A stretch of DNA of 64,000 bases from Escherichia coli (lineage in GTDB: Bacteria > Pseudomonadota > Gammaproteobacteria > Enterobacterales > Enterobacteriaceae): the NCBI RefSeq assembly GCF_001677475.2, contig NZ_CP015229.1; one strand, written 5' to 3'. Of the stretch, positions 8,610 through 17,432 are shown in pieces. The notes beneath the pieces are model-generated. The model was not told where the DNA came from, did no database searches, and saw only the letters and a program-made list of their open reading frames with translations. The position numbers and the translations under genes were made by a program. Each line of letters begins with the position of its first letter. Within the stretch, counting starts at the first letter, position 1.

Positions 8610-8962
8610 AGAGATTCTTTTTGTTTTTCTTTTTGTCGGGATGCACTGTTGGTGATTATGTTCGCCCATTGTTACCCGGTAGTGTATATTTGCAAGACGG
8701 ACAGATTTGTTCAAAACCAGACGATGGGAATATTATTTCAAATTATGTTTTATATGAAGGTAAATATGGCAATGCAATAAAGTTGAAAAGAGTGACAGGT
8801 CAGTTCGAACCCGTATGTATTGATATAAGTGAGCTATCTTCAGATGTTATGTATATCGGGAAATATATGCTCTCTTCCGGAAGTAAAAAAGAATACTATG
8901 GTTTTAGCATAATTAGAACCGGAGAACGTATTTTAAGACTTGATGATAATCATATCAAATAA
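8606..8962 (+). CDS. Small lipoprotein (candidate periplasmic immunity/inhibitor protein)
   Basis: 118 aa; N-terminus MKRFFLFFFLSGC has signal peptide plus lipobox (LSGC); ATGA overlap with upstream HExxH gene. Confidence 0.55.
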   Translation: MKRFFLFFFLSGCTVGDYVRPLLPGSVYLQDGQICSKPDDGNIISNYVLYEGKYGNAIKLKRVTGQFEPVCIDISELSSDVMYIGKYMLSSGSKKEYYGFSIIRTGERILRLDDNHIK

Positions 8963-9183
8963 CAGATTAAATAATTTTATTAGTTTTATTAATGTACTTT
9001 AGGTGAATGTTTCCACCAGGTTAACATGACGGTGCATTCTTCAAGGCATATATGGTTGATAGTATCTTCAGTAGCATGCATAAGTATTGAGATGTTTTAT
9101 GCCAGCTACGAATATATTGCATGTTTTATTCTCTGTAAGATTTCTTATTAGCACTTATCCATTTCTAGTTAAAAGGATTAATT

Positions 9184-11178
9184 ATGAGTTTTGCAGCTAC
9201 AGATTATCCATCCGGCGCACTAACTGGATCGGGTACACATAACGTGACTTTGAGCGGCAGCGCAGTTCCTGATGGAATGTTACTGTTTGCAAGCTTAGGG
9301 GGTACAGAAACAGTAGGGGAACTATTTACTTATTCTATTAAATTAAAAACTCCTGACATCCTGAACCTGGGCTATGTTTCCCCCGCAGCCAACCTACAGC
9401 TCAAACCGATGGTGGGCAAAGATCTGTGCGTCAATATCGAATTGGATGGCGGCGGAAAACGTTACATCAGCGGGCTGGTGACGGCGGCACGCGTGGCTGG
9501 TCATCAAGGACGTTCGGTGGTGTATGAACTGCGGCTCGAACCGTGGTTAAAAATACTGACCCACACTAGTGACTACAAAGCGTTTCAAAATAAAAACGTG
9601 GTGGAGATCCTGGATGAGGTACTGGATGAGTACCCCTGGCCAGTGGAAAAACGACTGGTGGAAAATTATCCGACTCGCGCCTGGCAGGTGCAGTACGGTG
9701 AAACAGATTTCGATTTTATTCAGCGCCTGATGCAGGAGTGGGGTATCTACTGGTGGTTTGAGCACAGCGAGAACAGTCACACGTTAGTGCTGGCTGATGC
9801 CATTAATGTCCACAAGGCATGCGCAGATTCGCCGCTGGTGTGTTATTACCAGAAAGGGCTGAAACTGGACAAGGAGTTTATCCATACCATCACAGCAAAT
9901 GAAAGTCTGCGCAGCGGACAGTGGGTGCTGAATGATTTCGACTTTATGAAGCCGCGTTCACTGCTGAAGAGCACCGTGGCTAATCCGCGTGAAACCGGCC
10001 TTGCTGAATATGAGCACTACGAATGGCCGGGAGATTACTTCACAAAGAGTGAAGGTGAAATGCTGACACGCATTCGCATGGAAGAACAGCGTAGCCCCGG
10101 TAGTCGGGTACAGGGCAGCGGCAATATTCGTACCCTGATAACGGGTTTTACCTTCACCCTGGAAAACTATCCGACAGCCGAAGTGAACCGGGAATATCTG
10201 CTGGTACAGACCACGCTATTTATACAGGACAATGCGCAACACAGCGGCCAGGAGCAGCATTTCTCTTACTCAACCAGCTTTGAACTGCATCCCACCAGCG
10301 AAGTTTACCGCCCACAACGAACCCTGTGCAAACCCCACACTAAAGGCCCGCAGAGCGCAATCGTCACCGGCCCGGCAGGGCAGGAAATCTGGACAGATAA
10401 ATATGGACGGGTGAAAGTTCAGTTTGGCTGGGATCGTTACGGTAAGAATGACGAAAATAGTTCCTGCTGGGTCCGTGTCAGTTATCCGTGGGCGGGTAAA
10501 GGATTCGGTGGCATTCAGATCCCGCGCATTGGTCAGGAAGTACTGGTGGATTTCAAAAACGGTGATCCGGATTTACCGATAATTGTTGGGCGTACCTACA
10601 ACCAGGACACCATGCCACCGTGGGGACTACCGGGCGCAGCGACGCAAAGCGGATTTTACAGTCACACTATCGGCGGCGGCCCAACCAATGCCAACGCACT
10701 ACGTTTTGAGGATAAACCTGGCGGTGAAGAGGTCTGGCTACATGCCGAAAAAGATCAGCGGATTGAAGTAAATAATAATGAAAGCCACTGGGTGGGCAAT
10801 AATCGCCTTAAAGTCATTGATAAAACAGAAACAGCGATAATTGGTGAGGAACGTTCTCTTACAGTTCAGATGGATGATACCTCCCTTGCCGGACAAAACA
10901 AAACGATTCAGGCCGTACAGAATTTACGCCTTGCTGCGGGAGATTCCATAATTCTTAGTTGTGGGAACACTATCCTGCAAATGACCAGTGACGGAATATT
11001 TAATATAACCTGTAAGAATTTTAATATTACTGCAACAGAAAATGGAAAGATAAATACACAATCAGGTCAGCTTGATTTAAATATGAATAACAGGGCGGCA
11101 GATATACTTCCGCCTGGAACATCGGAAAAAACAGCCCTTCAATTGGCGATAGACGTCGCCTTCATGACTAAAAAATAA
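9184..11178 (+). CDS. vgrG: Type VI secretion spike protein VgrG
   Basis: 664 aa; N-terminal gp27-like and gp5-like OB/beta-helix sequence (e.g. [60 protein letters not shown]). Confidence 0.9.
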   Translation: MSFAATDYPSGALTGSGTHNVTLSGSAVPDGMLLFASLGGTETVGELFTYSIKLKTPDILNLGYVSPAANLQLKPMVGKDLCVNIELDGGGKRYISGLVTAARVAGHQGRSVVYELRLEPWLKILTHTSDYKAFQNKNVVEILDEVLDEYPWPVEKRLVENYPTRAWQVQYGETDFDFIQRLMQEWGIYWWFEHSENSHTLVLADAINVHKACADSPLVCYYQKGLKLDKEFIHTITANESLRSGQWVLNDFDFMKPRSLLKSTVANPRETGLAEYEHYEWPGDYFTKSEGEMLTRIRMEEQRSPGSRVQGSGNIRTLITGFTFTLENYPTAEVNREYLLVQTTLFIQDNAQHSGQEQHFSYSTSFELHPTSEVYRPQRTLCKPHTKGPQSAIVTGPAGQEIWTDKYGRVKVQFGWDRYGKNDENSSCWVRVSYPWAGKGFGGIQIPRIGQEVLVDFKNGDPDLPIIVGRTYNQDTMPPWGLPGAATQSGFYSHTIGGGPTNANALRFEDKPGGEEVWLHAEKDQRIEVNNNESHWVGNNRLKVIDKTETAIIGEERSLTVQMDDTSLAGQNKTIQAVQNLRLAAGDSIILSCGNTILQMTSDGIFNITCKNFNITATENGKINTQSGQLDLNMNNRAADILPPGTSEKTALQLAIDVAFMTKK

Positions 11179-11228
11179 ACAAAAACCATCATTAAATAAT
11201 TTATTAATTTAAAAGGACTCATATCATT

Positions 11229-11681
11229 ATGACGGAGTATTATCTCAATGAAACTGTTGTAAGTTTTTCCGGGAATATTATTCAGGACAGTACTATTAAT
11301 ATGCTTCGCCTCAGCGATCCCGACGCTGCACTCATTATCAGCCGGGGCCAGATGCAGGAAGGAGACGAATTAGCCTCCCAGATTGAACAGCAAATGAAAA
11401 AACTGGAGAAACAGGTAAAGGATCTTCACTACACGCCCGTTCAGGTAACACGGGTGGGGATTAATGACGGTGAAGAAGGACTGGAAATACAGAGCCAGTT
11501 TCTCCGGGGTAACGAGCAGGTGTACCAGTGTCAGGTGGCATTTGTATTGCCGGGTGAGCGGGTCATGATGGCCTTCACCTACGCCCGAACCACACCGCTG
11601 ACCCCGGCAGATATGACGCGCTGGGCTGAAATTAAAAAGAATCTGCGCTTCAGGATGCGGCAGGAAGCCGGGACGAATTAA
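11229..11681 (+). CDS. DUF1795/Eag-family chaperone for prePAAR effectors
   Basis: 150-aa ORF between vgrG and the prePAAR Rhs gene; size and position typical of Eag/EagR chaperones; sequence-level family call not verified. Confidence 0.6.
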   Translation: MTEYYLNETVVSFSGNIIQDSTINMLRLSDPDAALIISRGQMQEGDELASQIEQQMKKLEKQVKDLHYTPVQVTRVGINDGEEGLEIQSQFLRGNEQVYQCQVAFVLPGERVMMAFTYARTTPLTPADMTRWAEIKKNLRFRMRQEAGTN

Positions 11682-11699
11682 TCACACAGGGAACGGGAC

Positions 11700-14600
11700 A
11701 TGGAAGAGGCATTCTGGGCGGCAAGGCAGGGTGATGCCCTGCTGCATACGTCGTTTATGGCAGATGTGCTGGGGGCAGTTGTAGAGGTTGCCGCCACAGC
11801 CCTGGTGGATGTTCTGGTTGTCGGAACCATGGCGGCGCTGGGCGGAGTTGAAGTGGCAACGCTGGGCTGCTCAACCATTTTAGCGATCGGTATAGCAACA
11901 GCGGTATTTATGTCGTATCAGGGCTGGAATGACCGAATCAGTAGGGAAAGTGAGCAACTGGCGAACTGGCTTTTCCCGCCTCAGATTGAAGGTTACATCC
12001 TCACCGGCTCTGGCGACACATGGATCAACAGCAAACCTGCCGCGCGGGCCGCGGCGACTGCGGCATCGCGGCAGGACATTGAGGCGCAGGAGGCGCAGGC
12101 GAAGGCGGAACAGGAAGAAGCGCAGCGTCAGGAGGATGCCAGAACGTTCCTGGATGTGGCCGGGGAATATCTGGAAATGGCGGGGGCCATAGCCCTGGCG
12201 GTTAACCCGGTGACAGGGCCTGTGCTGATGTCCCGGGCGCTGCACGACCAGCTCAGTACGGAAGAAGGGCGTTCTGAAATGGTGGATGGCGTGACACATT
12301 TTGTGTCGGAACTATGGCAGCCCACCGTGGCCAGTGCGGCCCCGGGCTCCACCCCGACCCCTGACGATAAAATCGACTGCCATAAACATCCCTCCTCACT
12401 GACGCAGTTTCTCGCACAAAAAAAAGCCGCCTTTCTGGATGACCCCCTGGGAACGGCCCTTAACCTGCTGAGTCCGGGCGGTATGCTGGAAACCGCCTTT
12501 CAGGGAGTGAATGCGGTTATTGGCAGCATCAGTAATCTGTTCAAAGGCGATGATGAACCGCCCGCAGCGGAATATATCGCGGAAGGCGCGCGGGATGTGC
12601 GTATCAACAGCCAGCCGGCGGCACGCAGCGGGGCACGCTGCACCTGCGAGGCCAGGGTGGTGAATGAGCCGGGGAACGGGGCGTTTGTGTCACCGGATGT
12701 CCGCATTGGCGGTCCGTTACTGGTGGTCAGGGATATCAGAAGCGGCAGGTCGCAGATAACCCTGGTGGCAACCGTGGCGCTGATGTTTCTTCGCCCGGGC
12801 AAAATGCTTTCTAAAATCGCCTGTTTTGCTGCCAGTGTCGGGATGGGGGTGATGACGCAGAAGGCCATCAGTGCCCTTCCGCATCCGGTCAATGCCGCCA
12901 CCGGAGCCAAATATCTGGCCGATGACGATGATTTTGACTTCAGTCTGCCGGGCCACTTTCCGCTGGACTGGCAGCGCGTGTACAGCAGTCGTGACGACCG
13001 CACGGAAGGGATGTTCGGGCAGGGCTGGAGTGTAATGTATGAAGTCAGCCTCGAGCGCACGCCGGGTACTGCTGACGAAAACTGTATGACCTTTGTGTCG
13101 GGCATGGGACGACGTCTGGATATGGAGGCCGTGCTGCCGGGGAGCGGGTTTTACAGCCCCGGCGAAGGACTGGCAGTACGGCGGGGTGAGCAGGGGCACT
13201 GGCTTATCAGCAGCGATGACGGGCAGTTTTTTCTGTTTGAGGCCGACCCGCGTCACCCGCAGCGCCAGCGGCTGAAAATGCTGGGCGACCGCAACAGCAA
13301 CTGTCTGAATCTGTACTACGACGAGCTGGGGCGCATCACGCAAATCAGCGGTGAACAGCAGCGTCCGTGCATCCGTCTGCATTATGAACTGGCGGCGCAT
13401 CCCCGGCGGGTGACACAGATTTATCAGCATTTCCCTGAGATGGCTCCTTTACTGCTGCGTCGTTACCGCTATGACGAGGCCGGCGACCTGAACGGCGTGT
13501 ACGACAGCACGGGGCACCTGCTGCGCGAGTTTGCTTACGACGAAAACCACTGCATGACCCTGCACCGCCAGCCGGGCGGCGAAGGGTATTATTACCAGTG
13601 GGGCTGGTATGAAGGCCCGGATGACGCAGCGTGGCGGGTGACGGGGCACCACACGGACAGCGGTGAACAGTACCGGCTGGCGTGGAGCCTGGCGGCACGC
13701 AGGCTGTGCGTGACGGACGGGCTGGGGCGCACGCGTTATCATCAGTGGGACGCGCAAAATCAGGTGACGGCGTACCAGGACGAAGCCGGGCAGGTGACGA
13801 CGTTCCGCTGGAGCGACGAAGAACGGCTGTTACTGGGAATGACCGATGCGCAGGGCGGCAAATGGCGCTATGTGTATGACCGGCAGGGGCATATCACGGA
13901 GACGCACGACCCGCTGGGGCGGGTGGCACAGACACAGTGGCACCCGGTGTGGCACCAGCCGGAAACGGAGGTGGACGCGGCGGGGAACAGCTGGTGCTGT
14001 GAGTACGATGAACGCGGCAATCTTCTTGCGGTGACCGACCCGCTGCAGCAGAACACCCGGTATCAGTATGACCGCCACGGCCAGGTGGTGCAGATAACGG
14101 ATGCGCGCGGGGGGAATAAATACCTTCAGTGGAACGAAGACGGGCAGCTCATGCGGCACACGGACTGTTCCGGCTCGCAGACGGCCTGGTTCTACGACGA
14201 ACGCACGCGGCTGATACGGATGACAGACGCGCAGAGCCACAGCACGCGCTACGGGTATGACGACAGCGGCCACCTGACGGAGGTGATACTGGCGGACGGC
14301 CGCACGGTGAATTACCAGTCGGACGCGGCGGGCAGGCTGGTGAAGTACACCAGCCCGATGGGGAGGATAACGCGCTGGCAGCGGGACGGGCAGGGCCGGG
14401 TGCGCAGCCGGACAGACGCGACGGGGCGCAGGACGGCGTTCGGGTACGATGCCTACGGGCGTCTGGTCACGCTCACGAACGAGAACGGAGAAAGCTACCG
14501 GTTCCGCCATGACGTGCTGGACCGTCTGGCGGAGCAGATAAATCCGGACGGCTGCCGCCAGACGTACCGCTACAACGCGCTGAACGCGGTCACGGAAGTG

Positions 14601-16415
14601 GTGTTCACCGGGGACCGGGGCGGTGAAATCCGCCACCGGCTGGCACGTGATGCGGCGGGCCGGCTCACGGCAAAGGAGACAGCCGATGGCCATACGGAAT
14701 ACGTCCATGATGCGGCAGACCAGCTACTGGAAATCCGCCGCCGACGGTCGGATGCCGGGGAAACAGACGCACCGGAGATTATCCGTTTCAGTTACGACAG
14801 ACTGGGGCGGATGCTGACCGAGGAGACGGCGCAGGGCGTCCTGACCCATCAGTACGATGAACTCAGCAACCGGACAGCCACCACCTTTCCGGATGGCAGA
14901 ACGCAGCGTCATCTGTACTACGGCAGCGGCCATCTCCAGCAGATAAATCTGGACCGGGAGGTCATCAGCGAGTTCACACGTGACGCCCTGCACCGGGAAG
15001 TGCTCAGAAGTCAGGGGCGACTGAGCACGCGGCAGCTTTATGACCCCGCCGGGCGGCTGAAGCGCAGGGAGACATACAGCGGGATGCGCGGGGTGGTACC
15101 GGAGACGTTCACGGACCGGCAGTACAGCTACAGCGGCGAGGATGAATTGCTGAAGACGCGGCACAGCCGGCGGGGGGAAACGGATTACGTCTACGACCCC
15201 ACGGGGCGCATCACGGCGTGCCGCTCGGAGGATGAGGGGTATCTGGCGAGCTGGCAGTACGACGCGGCGGGAAACCTGCTGGGGAGGCGCGCGGGGGAAA
15301 GGGCCACGGCAGAAAACAGCGTGGTGCCGTTCAACCGGCTGATGTCTTACCGTGGTGTGCACTACCGTTATGACGAATTTGGCCGGACGGTGGAAAAGGA
15401 GGGCCGGAGCGGCACGCAGAGTTACCGTTATGATGCGGAACACCGGATGGTGGAAGTGACGACAGCGCGGGGGACATACCGGTATGTGTACGATGCGCTG
15501 GGGAGGCGGACGGAAAAACAGCACATCAGCCCTGACGGTAAAGCGTACAACCGGACGACATTTTTATGGGACGGAATGCGGCTGGCGCAGGAGAGCAGGC
15601 CGGAGGGAATAAGCAGCCTGTATATCTACAGCGACCCGGGGAGTTATGAACCGCTGGCGCGGGTGGATAAGGCGGGCAAAGAGGGCCCGAACCGGATACT
15701 GTATTTTCACACGGATGTGAACGGTGCGCCGGAAGAGATGACGGACAGTGACGGGAAAATCGTGTGGGAGACGGGGTATCAGGTCTGGGGTAACACGATA
15801 CAGGAGAAGGACCACGGCGGGGTGGAGCAGAACCTGCGCTACCAGGGACAGTACCTCGACAGGGAAACGGGGCTGCACTACAATCTGCACAGGTACTATG
15901 ATCCGGATGTCGGGCGGTTCATGGTAACGGACCCGATAGGGCTGGCGGGGGGGCTGAATCTTTATACTTATGCGCCTAATCCAGTAAGCTGGATAGATCC
16001 CCTTGGTTTAAGTTGTTACTTTAATTCTAAGTCTAATCGCTGGCATGACAGGCAGACAGGTCGTTTTACAAAACGACCAACAGATCCTTCAGAATTAGTT
16101 CATAATGGCCGAATTGACAAGGCTGATATAGATGTTTGGGCTAGTCAAGGAGGGATTCCAAATACATGGGGGCATGATCCGTTAAAATTCCCCAGTGGTG
16201 GTTTTAAATATGATGCTGGTAATTATACTGTTCATGGTCATGGTGCTAATCCATCTGCGGCAGCTAAATTTCCTAATTCTAATGCGGCAAATGGGCCGAC
16301 AGCGAGCATGAAAAATACTTCAACAGGTGAAGTGTTTAGAACCGATGGAACTTGGGGGACATTCAAATCAGATGCCAATGGTGCTCATATCCCCCTTGAT
16401 GGCTCACCTTATTGA
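11700..16415 (+). CDS. Rhs-family T6SS effector with N-terminal prePAAR motif, transmembrane segments, PAAR region, YD-repeat shell and variable C-terminal toxin domain
   Basis: 1571 aa; AARQGDALLH matches the prePAAR AARxxDxxxH motif; hydrophobic stretches follow; two ...PAAR... segments; numerous YD repeats; DPIGL...DPLGLS demarcation then low-GC 134-aa tail. Confidence 0.9.
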   Translation: MEEAFWAARQGDALLHTSFMADVLGAVVEVAATALVDVLVVGTMAALGGVEVATLGCSTILAIGIATAVFMSYQGWNDRISRESEQLANWLFPPQIEGYILTGSGDTWINSKPAARAAATAASRQDIEAQEAQAKAEQEEAQRQEDARTFLDVAGEYLEMAGAIALAVNPVTGPVLMSRALHDQLSTEEGRSEMVDGVTHFVSELWQPTVASAAPGSTPTPDDKIDCHKHPSSLTQFLAQKKAAFLDDPLGTALNLLSPGGMLETAFQGVNAVIGSISNLFKGDDEPPAAEYIAEGARDVRINSQPAARSGARCTCEARVVNEPGNGAFVSPDVRIGGPLLVVRDIRSGRSQITLVATVALMFLRPGKMLSKIACFAASVGMGVMTQKAISALPHPVNAATGAKYLADDDDFDFSLPGHFPLDWQRVYSSRDDRTEGMFGQGWSVMYEVSLERTPGTADENCMTFVSGMGRRLDMEAVLPGSGFYSPGEGLAVRRGEQGHWLISSDDGQFFLFEADPRHPQRQRLKMLGDRNSNCLNLYYDELGRITQISGEQQRPCIRLHYELAAHPRRVTQIYQHFPEMAPLLLRRYRYDEAGDLNGVYDSTGHLLREFAYDENHCMTLHRQPGGEGYYYQWGWYEGPDDAAWRVTGHHTDSGEQYRLAWSLAARRLCVTDGLGRTRYHQWDAQNQVTAYQDEAGQVTTFRWSDEERLLLGMTDAQGGKWRYVYDRQGHITETHDPLGRVAQTQWHPVWHQPETEVDAAGNSWCCEYDERGNLLAVTDPLQQNTRYQYDRHGQVVQITDARGGNKYLQWNEDGQLMRHTDCSGSQTAWFYDERTRLIRMTDAQSHSTRYGYDDSGHLTEVILADGRTVNYQSDAAGRLVKYTSPMGRITRWQRDGQGRVRSRTDATGRRTAFGYDAYGRLVTLTNENGESYRFRHDVLDRLAEQINPDGCRQTYRYNALNAVTEVVFTGDRGGEIRHRLARDAAGRLTAKETADGHTEYVHDAADQLLEIRRRRSDAGETDAPEIIRFSYDRLGRMLTEETAQGVLTHQYDELSNRTATTFPDGRTQRHLYYGSGHLQQINLDREVISEFTRDALHREVLRSQGRLSTRQLYDPAGRLKRRETYSGMRGVVPETFTDRQYSYSGEDELLKTRHSRRGETDYVYDPTGRITACRSEDEGYLASWQYDAAGNLLGRRAGERATAENSVVPFNRLMSYRGVHYRYDEFGRTVEKEGRSGTQSYRYDAEHRMVEVTTARGTYRYVYDALGRRTEKQHISPDGKAYNRTTFLWDGMRLAQESRPEGISSLYIYSDPGSYEPLARVDKAGKEGPNRILYFHTDVNGAPEEMTDSDGKIVWETGYQVWGNTIQEKDHGGVEQNLRYQGQYLDRETGLHYNLHRYYDPDVGRFMVTDPIGLAGGLNLYTYAPNPVSWIDPLGLSCYFNSKSNRWHDRQTGRFTKRPTDPSELVHNGRIDKADIDVWASQGGIPNTWGHDPLKFPSGGFKYDAGNYTVHGHGANPSAAAKFPNSNAANGPTASMKNTSTGEVFRTDGTWGTFKSDANGAHIPLDGSPY

Positions 16416-16425
16416 GATTATTAAT

Positions 16426-16755
16426 ATGAATTTGCAAGAAATAAAAAATAAAGTCTTATCTCTTCCTACAATAATGAATTTAGCGGATGAGCTATTAATA
16501 ATTGACGAGTTGATGACTATTGATGTTAATGATTTGATTGAAAATCAAGATATCTTTAAATCTATTATAGATGCATTAGAATTATCACATATTGATTCTG
16601 GGTTTATGGAGTTAACAGAAGAAAATGAGAGTTCATTTATAAACTTCTACAAATGGCTTAATAAAACAAATAATAAATTTAACTTGGGAATAAATGCTAA
16701 CACTATAGATAGTTTTAGTTTGACTGTTGAAGATGTGAAAAAAATGATGTTATAG
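16426..16755 (+). CDS. Candidate Rhs immunity protein
   Basis: Track ORF 16327..16755 overlaps the rhs 3' end; first ATG after the rhs stop is 16426 (109 aa); AT-rich like the Rhs C-terminal domain; position immediately after toxin domain. Confidence 0.5.
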   Translation: MNLQEIKNKVLSLPTIMNLADELLIIDELMTIDVNDLIENQDIFKSIIDALELSHIDSGFMELTEENESSFINFYKWLNKTNNKFNLGINANTIDSFSLTVEDVKKMML

Positions 16756-16766
16756 ATAAAATATAA

Positions 16767-16800
16767 AGCCGGGAATATGATCTCCCGGCTTTTTTATTAT
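16767..16800. terminator. Bidirectional rho-independent terminator between immunity gene and symE-like gene
   Basis: AGCCGGGA-loop-TCCCGGCT hairpin followed by TTTTTTATTATT. Confidence 0.6.
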
Positions 16801-17130
16801 TCAACTCTCGTTCAGTACACTAAACATCCCGTTCCGCATCCCCTTAACCACCTGTTTAACCTGATAAAGCTCCTCCCGCAGTTCCTGCATCTCGTCACTG
16901 TCAGCGATGATGGTCAGGCACCCATCCGAGATCTTTACAGTCACGCCTGTCCCGGTATCAAATCCCGCCTCTTTCAGCCAGTCGCCCTTAAGGTGCAGGC
17001 TGGGGTGTTGTGAATAATACCGGGCTATACCGGTTGTGCGATCTTCGTGGCGGGCTCTGACATAGCCGACTTTATAGCGGCGCTGTGTTTTGGAAATGGT
17101 GACTTCTGGCGTAATATCGTGTTCAGCCAT
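16801..17130 (-). CDS. SymE-family toxin homolog (AbrB-fold, type I toxin family), copy 1
   Basis: 109 aa; LHLKGDWLKEAGFDTGTGVTVKISDGCLTI resembles the K-12 SymE core (LKGQWLEAAGFATGT...EGCIVLT) as I recall it; GAGGTAG RBS. Confidence 0.8.
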   Translation of the reverse strand: MAEHDITPEVTISKTQRRYKVGYVRARHEDRTTGIARYYSQHPSLHLKGDWLKEAGFDTGTGVTVKISDGCLTIIADSDEMQELREELYQVKQVVKGMRNGMFSVLNES

Positions 17131-17195
17131 GATTAACTACCTCGATTAGTTGCTTGTGGTGAGCGGCTGTTACAGGCGGCAACCTGTAGCAGTCG
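17124..17195 (+). ncRNA. Predicted cis-antisense sRNA overlapping the symE-like start (SymR-like antitoxin RNA candidate), copy 1
   Basis: Plus-strand sigma70-like promoter inside the symE 5' coding region (TTGGAA, 16-nt spacer, TAATAT at about 17090-17117) and a downstream hairpin (about 17166-17192) whose non-Watson-Crick positions are G-U wobbles only in the plus-strand transcript. Confidence 0.35.
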
Positions 17196-17202
17196 CGTTA
17201 AA

Positions 17203-17432
17203 TATCAACGCATTACCTTCATTACCTGCTTCATCTTCTCCTGCGTGATCGCCATATCCAGAATGCGGCAGATCACTTCCTGATCGTCTGCTTTAAGCTC
17301 ATCAACCTGCTTACACAGTTCCTTTAACCGCTTGTTTTTAATATCGAAAACAGGAGCGGTGGAACCTTCTTCACCCAACAGCAGGTGGTCAATACTGACT
17401 TCCAGAAGCTGGGCCAGCTTAATGATGTAATC
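17203..17432 (-). pseudogene. 3' remnant of an XRE-family HTH regulator gene truncated by the H-repeat element
   Basis: Minus-strand frame reads ...DYIIKLAQLLEVSIDHLLLGEEGSTAPVFDIKNKRLKELCKQVDELKADDQEVICRILDMAITQEKMKQVMKVMR-stop with no start codon; frame closes just inside the IS end. Confidence 0.45.

Noticed and set aside
12500-15890. Multiple 200-290-aa minus-strand ORFs inside the rhs gene
   Set aside because: GC-rich YD-repeat DNA gives long stop-free antisense frames; the translations are Pro/Arg/His-rich with no start context; the plus-strand Rhs ORF is unambiguous.
16327-16425. Upstream extension of the immunity ORF overlapping the rhs 3' end
   Set aside because: Overlaps the Rhs toxin coding region in another frame; the first ATG after the rhs stop (16426) is the more plausible start, although it lacks a strong RBS.
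17166-17192. LexA (SOS) box upstream of the symE-like genes, as for K-12 symE
   Set aside because: The palindromes do not fit CTGT-N8-ACAG spacing; they fit an RNA hairpin (wobble asymmetry) or an operator for the lost HTH protein better.
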